Shown here: positions 24,448 to 33,598 of the stretch, one piece after another
Layout: the number at the start of each line of letters is the position of its first letter
How positions within the stretch are numbered: position 1 is the stretch's first letter
Source of the DNA: Trichomonas gallinae
Lineage: Eukaryota
Reading direction: 5' to 3'
Length of the DNA stretch: 39,870 nucleotides
Assembly (NCBI GenBank): GCA_008369845.1
Contig: MRSU01001247.1
Coordinates: forward strand, 1-39,870
Program-made: the position numbers and the translations under genes
The notes under the pieces: generated by a model
Database searches by the model: none
Told to the model about the DNA's origin: nothing
The model's input: the letters and a program-made list of their open reading frames with translations, nothing else

Positions 24448-27400
24448 ATGTCTGATGAAGCCATAAATGAAATCACTTGTATGAACATTTTGCTTAGTAA
24501 CCTTGGCATAACAGCAGAGGAGGTTACGAACTATATGGATTATCTCAGACAGCACGACAAATCATATCAATGTCACACGAGTATCGAAGATAGGGCAATT
24601 GCGGTATTTTGTTCGGAATGTAGTAGGTCAAATACAGCTCTTACTAGGTCTTGTATATGTGTTCCATGTTATTTGAAATCTAATCACGAAGGCCACAACG
24701 TATCTTATCACGTATCAGAGAGTTTTACGTGCGATTGCGGAAACCCTTTCAACTGGGATTTGAATAACTCGTGTTCTGACCATCACAAAGGAAAAGATGA
24801 AGGAAACACACTTAAAATCAGTCCAGAGGAGCTAAATAAACTAGAAACAGCAATACAAAAAAGTACTTTCGAGACATGTTGCCCGTTTTCTCTGTTTATT
24901 AAACTCGCAAATGTAGGAAATGGTGTAGCTATGTTAATTTCGAAAACTGTAGTCGAAAAGATGGATTTTGCAAAAACACTCCAGCAATTCGGCGATATTT
25001 CCATCACACAAGCGAGAAATACGATTAATTTTTGGTGTTCAATGATTATAGAGAATGATTTTTGCTTGGCTTTAGGAGAAGCCTTTCTAGATTACTGCAT
25101 AGATTTCATTGACGACTCTTCTGGCGCTGCTTATGAAGATCGAATTAATGCAATCGAAAATTATAAAATGTTGGCATCAGCAATGTTCCATTTTCTTACA
25201 GAGAAGTTTATTGTCACTACAAAGAGATTTACAGACCCAGATGCTAATGATTTAGTTGGCTGGATAAAAGGAATCATGAAAGCGCTTCTCAGATGCTATG
25301 AGCTTGATATACACGCTTTCCATAACGCAAGAATTGCCCTTATCACAGCTACTTACATGAGCGCAATATTTGAACAAATAATCACCAACGAAAAAACAAA
25401 ACATTTAGCAGACCAAATCGTTAGAATAGCGATGAAGTATGCGTATAAGGTTGAATTTATTCTCCAATTTAAAAAAATAATTGGCGACTATGATAATGAC
25501 GAAGAAGGCAAAGCATACGTATGTTATAGATTGATTGGAATCATATATTCCATTTTCGAAGTCTTTGCTCGCAATCATTTAATTAATGAAAAATTTTTAG
25601 ATTTATATTTTGATTTAGTGCAAGAGAAGTTCCCATATCCGGAGGACGAAGAGTATTACGGCAGTGTATTAGATGGATCTACTCCAGTGACGTTTTGCCT
25701 TCCATTTCACTGCGCAATTTGTTTTTATCTTTGGGAGAACGTTGATAACGCTAAAACAATCATGGAAAATTTTGCTTTGAAGCATAATGTCGATTTCGAC
25801 CTCGTATGCAGACATTTCGCCATTCCTATCATTCGACATTTCGCGGGATTACTATTTATCAACAAAGGCTGCTTCAAAGGAACATCTGAGCATGTATTGC
25901 GTGCAATGGCACTAACACGTTATCCTGATCACTTTAAAGATATAGTATTTCCACTTTTCGTTGGAATTCAAATAATGTTTGCAATTACAAACGACAAATC
26001 GAAGTTTTTGCAGATGATATGGGATACATTCAACAATGGAGCAGCACAGGACTACAGAGAAGAAGTAGAATCTGCTTTTATTTACTTCCTTGGTTGTTTG
26101 TTATTCGAAAGAGATGTTTTGAAGAGAGATGAAAAGACAATGAAGCTGATATCATATTCAATACACATGAAAACACTTACGAGAGCGAAATGGACGCAAA
26201 CTTCATATGTTTGGTACGGAATTAACGACGTTGATCCAGATTTCCTTAATATAACAGTGAAAGAAACAACATCTACGGGTACTTTTTACAGATTAAAAGA
26301 TGAGAAATACTGCCACACGTTTGTTCCATGGGCATCTATGATAACTATGCTAAATATGCATTCGATAATCACGCATAATGGAGAATCTCTCTTGCAAATG
26401 CCAGATTTTACTGAATTTAGCCACTACAATCTTGGTGAAGTCTTCAATGATCAGTTTATGGAAGAACTAATGTATAAAATTTTCGATTCAAAGAATTTAT
26501 CAGCACAACATATGGCATTCGCCATTATCAGACAGATTAAGGAGGTACATGAAGACTTAATCGAGAAAATCCTTGAATCTACTGGCAAAATCGGTAGACA
26601 ATTTTTGATTTCAGCGAATTTGCTCAAAGATGAAGTAAGCAATGCAGCAGAACAGAAACAACAAGTCGAATCAATCGATCAGAAAGCCGTAATGTCAAAA
26701 TTTATGACTAATTTCATGAATATTTCTGATTCAGAGGAAGAAGAAGAGGAAGCAGACAAATTCTGCTCAAAGTGTCAGAACGGTGGAAACCTCTCCTATC
26801 CGATGCACATATTTAAATCCACAGTTTTCGCTGAAATAGACGAAACTCTCTGCGACGGAATCCACAAGGAAGAGAAAGACTTGTTCCAGTTCGCTCCCTG
26901 CCAGCATCCTATACACAGCAGCTGTGTTACGACTAACTACTACAAGTGCCCGATGGATAACTCGAGAATGAACTGCGTAATTCCCGATTTAATCGACAAT
27001 GAGCCGATTAAAATGGAAGATCAGATAAATACGTTTTTGGAAAGGATACAAGTGCGAGGCTCGAGGTTTTATAACCTTTTAACAACTTTCTGCTCGCATA
27101 TTGGCATTTTTGAAGTCAGATTCAGATCAAATCCAAAAGCTTTTGGCAAGAATTCGTTTATAATCATGATAAATATATTGTATACGATGTTAAAATATGT
27201 GAGAGAGAAGGATCAAGAGCCGGAGCAAGAATATGAAGATGAATTTGAAAATATCGTAGCAAAATACTTGTTAAAAGATATAAACTCAACGGAATTCCTC
27301 GGGAAATTGACATTTAAGAGTGATATCAGAAAATTCGTCATTTTTAGAAGAATTGAAATTCTCAAGCAAATTATTATAGCTAAAGTCACTGAATTGGACT

Positions 27401-27873
27401 GGTCTTCCATTCTCTCTCAAGAGGAATTGAACAAGAAATACTCATTGAACTTGAATAATGTTGAATTAAGACAATTCAGCTTAAATCTTCCAGAAAACTA
27501 CTTAGACTTGTTCAGAGAGCCTGAATTGAAGAATGATTATTACTTTGACCATAATGTCTTCAAAATGAAAGTTATTCAGACAGGAGATGTCATCACAAAC
27601 GATCAAATTGTTGAATATATCTCATCATTGAAAACTCAGCCAGCTCTGCTGTTTGTCGTTAATGGCCAACTCGCTACAGTCCTGTCTGTTGTGCCAGCTG
27701 ACCCAATTGTCTTCTCAGTCAAAACACCAATATATTTGAACAAATTTGGTGATGAAAACGTCGGTCTTCAGTCGTGCGGCTTCATGGTATTGTCCAAGGA
27801 GCGATGTCTTGAATGCATCGACACTTATCTCAGCGGTGAATGGTCTCATCCATATATTTATTTAAATATTTAA
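24448..27873 (+). CDS. N-recognin (UBR-box zinc finger) E3 ubiquitin ligase with a RING-like domain
   Basis: UBR box C.EC...CICVPCYLKSNHEGH...CDCGN...CSDH; RING-like CSKC...CQHPIHSSC...CPMD; C-terminal PIYLNKFGDENVGL...LSKER of the UBR1-3 type. Confidence 0.88.
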   Translation: MSDEAINEITCMNILLSNLGITAEEVTNYMDYLRQHDKSYQCHTSIEDRAIAVFCSECSRSNTALTRSCICVPCYLKSNHEGHNVSYHVSESFTCDCGNPFNWDLNNSCSDHHKGKDEGNTLKISPEELNKLETAIQKSTFETCCPFSLFIKLANVGNGVAMLISKTVVEKMDFAKTLQQFGDISITQARNTINFWCSMIIENDFCLALGEAFLDYCIDFIDDSSGAAYEDRINAIENYKMLASAMFHFLTEKFIVTTKRFTDPDANDLVGWIKGIMKALLRCYELDIHAFHNARIALITATYMSAIFEQIITNEKTKHLADQIVRIAMKYAYKVEFILQFKKIIGDYDNDEEGKAYVCYRLIGIIYSIFEVFARNHLINEKFLDLYFDLVQEKFPYPEDEEYYGSVLDGSTPVTFCLPFHCAICFYLWENVDNAKTIMENFALKHNVDFDLVCRHFAIPIIRHFAGLLFINKGCFKGTSEHVLRAMALTRYPDHFKDIVFPLFVGIQIMFAITNDKSKFLQMIWDTFNNGAAQDYREEVESAFIYFLGCLLFERDVLKRDEKTMKLISYSIHMKTLTRAKWTQTSYVWYGINDVDPDFLNITVKETTSTGTFYRLKDEKYCHTFVPWASMITMLNMHSIITHNGESLLQMPDFTEFSHYNLGEVFNDQFMEELMYKIFDSKNLSAQHMAFAIIRQIKEVHEDLIEKILESTGKIGRQFLISANLLKDEVSNAAEQKQQVESIDQKAVMSKFMTNFMNISDSEEEEEEADKFCSKCQNGGNLSYPMHIFKSTVFAEIDETLCDGIHKEEKDLFQFAPCQHPIHSSCVTTNYYKCPMDNSRMNCVIPDLIDNEPIKMEDQINTFLERIQVRGSRFYNLLTTFCSHIGIFEVRFRSNPKAFGKNSFIIMINILYTMLKYVREKDQEPEQEYEDEFENIVAKYLLKDINSTEFLGKLTFKSDIRKFVIFRRIEILKQIIIAKVTELDWSSILSQEELNKKYSLNLNNVELRQFSLNLPENYLDLFREPELKNDYYFDHNVFKMKVIQTGDVITNDQIVEYISSLKTQPALLFVVNGQLATVLSVVPADPIVFSVKTPIYLNKFGDENVGLQSCGFMVLSKERCLECIDTYLSGEWSHPYIYLNI

Positions 27874-27948
27874 ATATTGTTTTGAATGTTTATATATATA
27901 TGAATATAGAGTTGTTTTCTGCATAATGGTATCCGTAGTTTTTTATTT

Positions 27949-28560
27949 TTACTTCTTCTTGTTATGTGGATTGTTATCTGGGTCCATAATGATACCGTGC
28001 TCGACATAACGAGAAGCTTCGAGAGCCTGGGAGGATGCCTCGTTCATTCCAGCCTGTGAGAGTGGGACAACGGACTCACCAGCACGAAGCTGAGCCTCTG
28101 TGAACTGTCTCTTGTTAGCAGTAGCCTGCTTGACAGCATCCTCGAGGATTGGACCCTTGTAGCCTGGCATGTATTGAACCTTTCTAGCAAGGGAAATCAT
28201 TGTAACGAGGAACTGACCCATGTTGCGGTTGTCATAGATATCTTCGAACTGGCAAAGATCTGTCTGAGCAACGCCGAGGGAAAGGCAAGCCTGGGAGAAG
28301 GAGCCGAAGTTCTCGCGGCAGAAAAGCATAACTTCAGAATCGCGAATTCTCTTGATCTTTCCTGGCTGAACTGCGTTGATGACTTCGCAGAGTGGCTTCA
28401 TTGATTTAAGGCCCTGCTGGAAGGTAGCACCCTGGATTGGATGTCCAATTAATGTCTCCATCCAGTTGCGAACTCTGTCCTCGAGAGCCTTGTCATAAGC
28501 GCCTTCACGCTTCTTCTGATAATCAGCGTAGATACCCATAGAATCAGGACGTGTTGACAT
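27949..28560 (-). CDS. Calponin-homology protein (calponin/transgelin/MP20-like)
   Basis: VRNWMETLIG...FQQGLKS..LCEVINAVQPG...ENFGSF...LGV...DIYDNRN; NKRQFTEAQLRAG...AGMN CLIK-like repeat; Inr TCACTT upstream of ATG 28560. Confidence 0.9.
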   Translation of the reverse strand: MSTRPDSMGIYADYQKKREGAYDKALEDRVRNWMETLIGHPIQGATFQQGLKSMKPLCEVINAVQPGKIKRIRDSEVMLFCRENFGSFSQACLSLGVAQTDLCQFEDIYDNRNMGQFLVTMISLARKVQYMPGYKGPILEDAVKQATANKRQFTEAQLRAGESVVPLSQAGMNEASSQALEASRYVEHGIIMDPDNNPHNKKK

Positions 28561-28701
28561 TCCCTTAACAAGTGAAGTGAGCGGGCATTTTGAGGTAAAC
28601 AATTCTTTTATTCATTTCTCACAAGCTTCGAATTCGTTTGACTTCACTATAGACGTTTTTCACCAAAAATCAAAAAAGCTGTATTGAGAAAATTTGTCAA
28701 A

Positions 28702-29062
28702 ATCTTACGGGTGTGGAAGAATACTAAAAGTGATCAAAAACTAACACTACGTTATATATGATTATTTTCATTTTAAATATAACTCAAATTTGAATTGAAA
28801 ATAATCGTCAGTGATGCAATTCAAAAATTTGATTTATTCCGCGAATTCATTCTTTAAAGACAGTGCAAATAATTTTTGGCTGAAGGTCAGAGAAGTGGGG
28901 AAGACTAAAACGGAGTGGTTTTTGGGAAATAAAATCGATGTATCTGATATCGTTGGCATATATATGAGTATTTTATGCATTAAAAAAGCAAAATCGATCG
29001 AGATCCGAATTTGAGAAAAATTTTATCGTCTTTTTCTCGATATGATCAATCATGATTTCTTG
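28702..29062 (+). pseudogene. Possible decayed Rab/Ras-like small GTPase
   Basis: Fragments in the expected order, across frames: ILRVWKNT, DAIQKFDL, NSFFKDSANNFW...WFLGNKIDV (G4 NKxD), then EKFYRLF. No intact P-loop seen. Confidence 0.3.
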
Positions 29063-30173
29063 CTTTGGATGTTAAAGAATATGTTATATTCTAATGAAAA
29101 AGAGTTCTTTGCATGACTTATTTTTGAAATAACTCATATTCATTCAAATTTTCACATTTTTATTTAATAAACTAGTCGAAACACCAGTCGCATTACAGAT
29201 AATGATCGACATCTTTACTGGCCTTTTTGCTAATTTATATACATTAAACAAAAAGGTAGATATATTATGGACACTTTTTTTGATGGGGAAATTAGACGAT
29301 GTCTTGTTAAACAGCAAATACAGCATAGTTGACGCATACATATAGTTCTCTACCCATATGGAGATTTAATTCGAAATATTCCTTTTTCGATATTGAAGAT
29401 TTTGAGATTATCGCTGTTCCAACCAGACCAACGATACTATTAGCTGTATACTTACGAAATTTACAATGAATTTAGATTTTATGCAAATACTCCCCATCAT
29501 TTCTGCATTTTATGTCGAGGTTACAGTTCTTACTGCATTTATATGAGATATAGCTTAATTAGTATAAGAGTATAAATATAAACATGAATTCACTCCAAAA
29601 ACACCACTATTAAATTAACAATCAGAATTGTTGCTTCAAGATCATTAATTAGCTAATATTCATGTATTTAATACATCTATATAATTATATAGAGTTATTT
29701 AGCATATATACACATTAATATTTTAATATTTTGATATATTTATCTCATTGATTTGTGTTTTTGCTGTTTAAAAGACTGAATGGATTATTAAATCATATAT
29801 TTGCAAAATAGTATATTTGCTATTGCTATATACTACTTGAAAAATATTATTTAAGTTTCAATTTGAATTATCATCAAATATGCTACCATGGCTGGAGCTC
29901 CGGAAGATGTTAGTAGCTGGAGTTTTACAGGCCGGTGAAATTATATAATCGCATAAATCATTGTTAGCTTCTGATGAAGTGTCGATGGTCCAATCATAGT
30001 TTTTTTTTTCTTGAAAGACGCTAGTTTTGACCTGATGCCTTATTTCCAATTCTATATAAATATATAGCAACAAGTTTCTTAATGTCATCAATGATTTCGG
30101 TATTGTAAATTTTCCATTTGTAGTAGAATTACTAGTTGGAATGAGATGAAGAAAAAATTAAAAAGGAAAAATT

Positions 30174-30245
30174 TGGTTCTGCCAGGAGTCGAACCTGGAT
30201 TTCGGGATTCAAAGTCCCAAGTGATAACCGCTACACTACAGAACC
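30174..30245 (-). tRNA. tRNA-Gln (UUG)
   Basis: GGTTCTG/CAGAACC acceptor stem; anticodon arm TGGGA-CTTTGAA-TCCCG; T arm CCAGG-TTCGACT-CCTGG; T5 terminator downstream. Confidence 0.97.
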
Positions 30246-30435
30246 TATTCGAGATTTATTAATAAATAGATCTTCTGACTATAGATAAATACTTTTCACT
30301 ATCAATATCATAAACGTGACATATGTAAACGAAAATGTAAATTGCTCAATTTTTGTCAGATTTAATATTATGCGTATTATCAAGTATAGAACACAAAATC
30401 TTTGAAATCGAAATTTTTTTGTTATTTTATTTTTT

Positions 30436-31479
30436 ATGAAGAACAGAGCTCATTTCCTTTGGCTTATCTACACTATGAGGGACAAATGCCACGATCTTGC
30501 CGCTGAGAGGATCTGTGCCGGCATAGATAGCGGTAGTTTGGAGCAAAATCTCGCTTATTTTAGCGATATCAAAACTTATTGTCAGTTAACGAATTATATT
30601 TTCGATGTAAAAACAGAATCACCTATTGATGTGCTCCACAAATACGGATACTATAGATACGGCGACGCATCAATCTTCAAAAAGCAAAATTTAGATGAAA
30701 TTTCTCTCATAAATCTCATAGAATGCTATATGTGGGCCAGCTTGGATCGCAAGATACCAACAAACACCCTCGTGAGAAAGGTTGGCAGAATAAAGATTTT
30801 TTCACTTAGCGATCCAGAAGCTATCCTCTGTTCATGGATTAACTCATGCTGCCTTCAATACACGAAACTCAGACCAATTACATCAATCACCCAGAACTTC
30901 ATTGGCTCATATCACTTCCGCGCACTATTATATTCTTATGTTCGCGATGAGAGCTTATTAAAATACGCTGATCCTAGAACGAACGCGCAAGTATCCCTAA
31001 AGGTTTGCGAGTCATGTGGAATTCACTTACTTTTCGATGCACTTAGCTTTTTACAATCTCCTTTAGTTATCATGTGTTTTCTTGTCGATACTATCAATAT
31101 TCTCGATACTGTGAAGCCTATGCCAGGTCCAAGAGCTGTTTCTAGGATGGATATGCAACGAATCGAGAAAAATATCGCAGAAACAAAGCGTGAAGTTGAA
31201 CAAATCAAAAGCAGATGCAATATACTTTCAAATGACGTTAATCTCATCGCTGCACGCTTGCTCAAGATGAAACGTCCAGCAACATCAATTGCAGGCGTCA
31301 AATCTCGCCCGCAATTGCCTGTACAAATGGAATTCCCAGATCAGCCTGGTCTGCCTCCCATCAATACTTCAAATAAAGGAGGACAAGATGATAGGCCAAG
31401 ATCTGCACTACACGTCAAATGGGAAATTCCACCTGAGATGATGAGCAACAGATCAGTTCCATTATCTGCTAAGGACTAG
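30436..31479 (+). CDS. CAMSAP-type calponin-homology domain protein with a coiled coil, no CKK domain
   Basis: PEAILCSWIN...PITSITQNF...FRALLYSY...NAQVSLKVC is CH-like; upstream 'LINLIECYMWA' resembles the CAMSAP N-terminal region; coiled coil at about aa 240-278. Confidence 0.6.
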   Translation: MKNRAHFLWLIYTMRDKCHDLAAERICAGIDSGSLEQNLAYFSDIKTYCQLTNYIFDVKTESPIDVLHKYGYYRYGDASIFKKQNLDEISLINLIECYMWASLDRKIPTNTLVRKVGRIKIFSLSDPEAILCSWINSCCLQYTKLRPITSITQNFIGSYHFRALLYSYVRDESLLKYADPRTNAQVSLKVCESCGIHLLFDALSFLQSPLVIMCFLVDTINILDTVKPMPGPRAVSRMDMQRIEKNIAETKREVEQIKSRCNILSNDVNLIAARLLKMKRPATSIAGVKSRPQLPVQMEFPDQPGLPPINTSNKGGQDDRPRSALHVKWEIPPEMMSNRSVPLSAKD

Positions 31480-31714
31480 ACAACTTGATGATGTTTTCTT
31501 TTCTTATAATCTTTTTTCTTCAAAAATATTATGTTTTGTATGATTAATAAACTTGTTTTGTTCTTTCCTCAATAGATGCAAGACATTTTTCACTCCACAC
31601 AACTTATTTTTCATTATTCAAGAAATCGAAAATCAAAAGCATCAACTTATTAAAAAATATACTCTTGAATACATGTGTCATCAGTTGTTTTGATACTATC
31701 ATATTCAAATCATT

Positions 31715-31910
31715 ATTAAAATTTTACACATCTGAATAGATGAATTCTCTATGGATCAAAAACATAGTATATATTCTCCATCATCACATATATTACTCTC
31801 AGTCACTGTTTTACAATTTGGAAATAAAATCTTAGATATAAAGTTGATCTTGTATTTATGCTATATTATCGCAGCGAAATCTTCTATTTTACAAAGATAC
31901 ATCAATAGCC
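31715..31910 (-). pseudogene. Possible ankyrin-family relic
   Basis: One minus-strand frame reads ...NICDDGEYILCF*SIENSSIQMCKILIMI*, ankyrin-like, with stops. Confidence 0.25.
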
Positions 31911-32155
31911 AGTTGAAAATATAGGGAACAAATTCTATATTTTTATTATAATAAAAAACATTGTAAAACTTGTTAAAACCATAGTAGACTCATAGAATAC
32001 ATGTATGTAATCAAACCTATGAATGCTACTTTTATTTGATTCTTATTTTTATTGAAAAATAAATTATAACATGAAAAATGCAAACATATTGGATGGTAAG
32101 ACAGCTGAGATCTATTTTTATATTTAATATACTATGTTTTATTAAATAACAATCA

Positions 32156-33130
32156 TTATGCGGAATCTTGGGGAACCAACTCCAAAATTCTTTGCATAAA
32201 CTGGATCTGTTCGCGAGCAATTTCTCTGCATTGCTCATCAATGGTGAGAACAACCATTTTACCGTCAAGAGACAAAACTGCAATTTTATCTTGTTGGAAC
32301 CAAGATAAAATCACGGACTGCATGTCGGGAATTGTTATCTTATGCACAGAGCGTGTTGTTGATGGATTTCCTGACATTTTTCGTTTCGAATTGTCGAAGA
32401 AATGCAATGTATCTCCTTGTGTATATACTGCAACGAAATTATTGTCTGGAGAAAAGTCGCATGAATGGACAACAGAAGCATAATTACCGCGCTTAAACTT
32501 ATTGACGCAATTTCCTGTATTTTGATCCCAAATTTTGATTGTGTGGCCAGCGGAGCTTGTTGTTGCAAAAAGAGTATCTGTTCGTGAAAACTTAATGAAT
32601 GAAACAGGGTAATCGGCTGCATGAAAGTTCTTTTGCATCAATTTGTGAATTGGAGTAATACAGACGTCTTCTGCAGCCTCTCCACCTATTGCAATAGTTG
32701 TATGATCGTATGATATATCGCATGGTGCATGAATATTGATTCCTGTTGAGATATTTTGAATAATTTGATTTGAATTTATGTTCCAGACTTCAACATGTGA
32801 ATGGAAAGCGCATACAAGAAGATCCTGTGTAATTCTCATAGTCAAAATGTGTTGTTCGAATTGGTGTGAAAAAATCATTGAATCATTTTTGTTATGGTCG
32901 TAAATTCTTACGCATTTGGTGTTAAAATTCGGATCTGCTGGGAGACCGGAGATCGCAATAAGTTGTATTCCGTTTGCAGTCGCAACATTTCCGATTGTGA
33001 TATCTGGGAAGTTTTTAGAAAGGATTAACTCGAATGGGTCGCATTTGAATGCATGGTATTGATGCGGGAAGATGATTGTGAAGCTGCCTCTGTCATCATT
33101 GACGCAAATATCCTTCAAAGGATAAAACAT
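32156..33130 (-). CDS. PROPPIN / WIPI (ATG18-family) beta-propeller
   Basis: FHAADYPVSFIKFS...FATTSSAGHTIKIWD...FKRG (FRRG-type motif)...DTLHFF; Inr TCATA before ATG 33130. Confidence 0.85.
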   Translation of the reverse strand: MFYPLKDICVNDDRGSFTIIFPHQYHAFKCDPFELILSKNFPDITIGNVATANGIQLIAISGLPADPNFNTKCVRIYDHNKNDSMIFSHQFEQHILTMRITQDLLVCAFHSHVEVWNINSNQIIQNISTGINIHAPCDISYDHTTIAIGGEAAEDVCITPIHKLMQKNFHAADYPVSFIKFSRTDTLFATTSSAGHTIKIWDQNTGNCVNKFKRGNYASVVHSCDFSPDNNFVAVYTQGDTLHFFDNSKRKMSGNPSTTRSVHKITIPDMQSVILSWFQQDKIAVLSLDGKMVVLTIDEQCREIAREQIQFMQRILELVPQDSA

Positions 33131-33340
33131 TAGAAATTTATGAATATAAATTAAATCCATTCATATTAAAAGCATATAGAATAAAATTATCAAGAAAACA
33201 AAGTTTAAAATTCATTATTCAAATTTTGAAAAATTAATTAATGTTATTTTTCAAAAATTTTGTTGCTAAATGATATATTTTAATTGCAAAACACTAATGA
33301 TATGATTTATTTATCAAATTAAACATTTGACACAGATTAT

Positions 33341-33557
33341 TTTACATGACAAAATTATTTTTGAAAAATTTACATGTCATTTTATAATGTAAATCTTTGA
33401 ATTTATATTTTTCATATATTTACATGACAAAAATGATTTTGAATGTATTTACGTGCTATTTTTGTCATGTAAATTTTTGAATATTAATTTTGTAAATAAT
33501 TTACATGACAGAAATGATTTTTAAATTTGTGTTTTGAGATTTTCGTTTTTACGTGAT
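33341..33557. repeat. ~80-bp tandem repeat (about 2.5 units) rich in TTTACATGACA motifs in the WIPI/DDB1-like divergent promoter
   Basis: TTTACATGACA at 33341, 33419, 33500 (periods 78, 81); further variants near 33369, 33448, 33463 (inverted) and 33548. Confidence 0.75.
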
Positions 33558-33598
33558 ATTTTCGTTGTTTGCAAACATTTGGCTTCAAAATTTTCTTG

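Noticed and set aside
28740..28752. ACTAACACTACG as an intron branch point (also minus-strand ACTAACTCTTTAG near 11514-11526)
   Set aside because: No AG at the fixed distance required by the trichomonad motif, and no matching 5' splice site identified.
29144..30091. Short minus-strand ORFs 29144-29341 and 29858-30091
   Set aside because: No recognisable motifs; possibly relic DNA, but not supportable as genes.
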